Of a stretch of 64,000 nt of DNA, positions 63,307 to 64,000 are shown piece by piece (position 1 is the first letter of the stretch; each line of letters begins with the position of its first letter). This stretch comes from Amoebidium appalachense (Eukaryota > Protista > Ichthyosporea), in assembly GCA_963693365.1 (NCBI GenBank), contig CAVNZM010000016.1, positions 5,634,543 to 5,698,542 on the forward strand, read 5' to 3'. The translations under genes were made by a program, and so were the position numbers. The notes beneath the pieces are model-generated. The model was not told the DNA's origin and searched no databases. It saw nothing but the letters and a program-made list of their open reading frames with translations.

Positions 63307-64000
63307 TTTGGCACGACGTGACAGAACAAAACGGTGACTAGGAAAACACGATAAGGTGAATCAGATTGGATTAGATTGAATATCAGGTTAGAAACTTTAG
63401 ATTCTGGGTTGCACTGGTTTTTAATAAGTATCATTCTACAGTGAAGACAAGAAAAAGACCCCGAAGGACGCTTTCACGTATATTGCAACTGCTATCATAA
63501 AGGTAGTAAAAAACCACAACCGGGGCCGTTAAAAAGCACCCAACCACGGTCTGTCGCGGAAAAAATGAGCCTCTGTATGACTCACGCGTAGCAGCATTGC
63601 AAATTTCGGTGTTTATTACGTTGTGTATGTTTGTGTGGCAGCCTGTGTGGGTTCGTAATCTCTGCTGCATCAACACATCACAGGATCAGGCTGGTTATAT
63701 TCCTACTTTTTTTATTGTTTTATAAAAATTACGGTTTGTAAAGGAACCGGGTGCACTCCGACTCTTGCATGTAAGCTGTATAGTGTACGGAACACGAGTG
63801 CTCAGGTCAAATTCGTTTCGTGTACCGATTTCTTGATCTTGTCACGATACATAGCATTACACGTTCATGCTAATACGCAGTTTTTATCCTTACTTGTGTG
63901 GGCTGAGGGAAAATGCAGGTTCAAACTGGAAGCAATAACGTCTAAAAGAAATTTTAAAAGAGTAGTGCATGTACGCAATTGCCATTTTTTTAGACCATTT

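Overview
Intron-rich, microsatellite-laden eukaryotic genomic DNA. It is probably from a unicellular holozoan such as an ichthyosporean, which is an inference from the AAK1-like 'MKKF' N-terminus, an animal-type two-LIM CSRP and fungal-type genes. Almost all long ORFs in the supplied track are microsatellite artefacts. By reading splice sites I could assemble five spliced genes: a PAP2_3/Aur1 (IPC-synthase-like) membrane phosphotransferase (+, 1636-9236); a NAK/AAK1-family kinase with a CUE-like domain and DPF/NPF motifs (+, 13589-30146); a CSRP/MLP two-LIM protein (-, 30719-31801); a secreted modular GH135/spherulin-4 hydrolase (+, 40653-48780); and a small EF-hand protein (-, 50769-55839). 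The window also holds a frameshifted intronless F-box/LRR pseudogene, a 1.7-kb gag-only Copia-type LTR element, several palindromic or TIR MITEs, dispersed intronic repeats and a structured tandem element near 57.1-57.3 kb. The most striking pattern is a strand-oriented intron grammar. Weak 5' donors are followed by poly-C, and (CA)n arrays run directly into the 3' AG in place of a polypyrimidine tract. All gene models are manual reconstructions without expression data.
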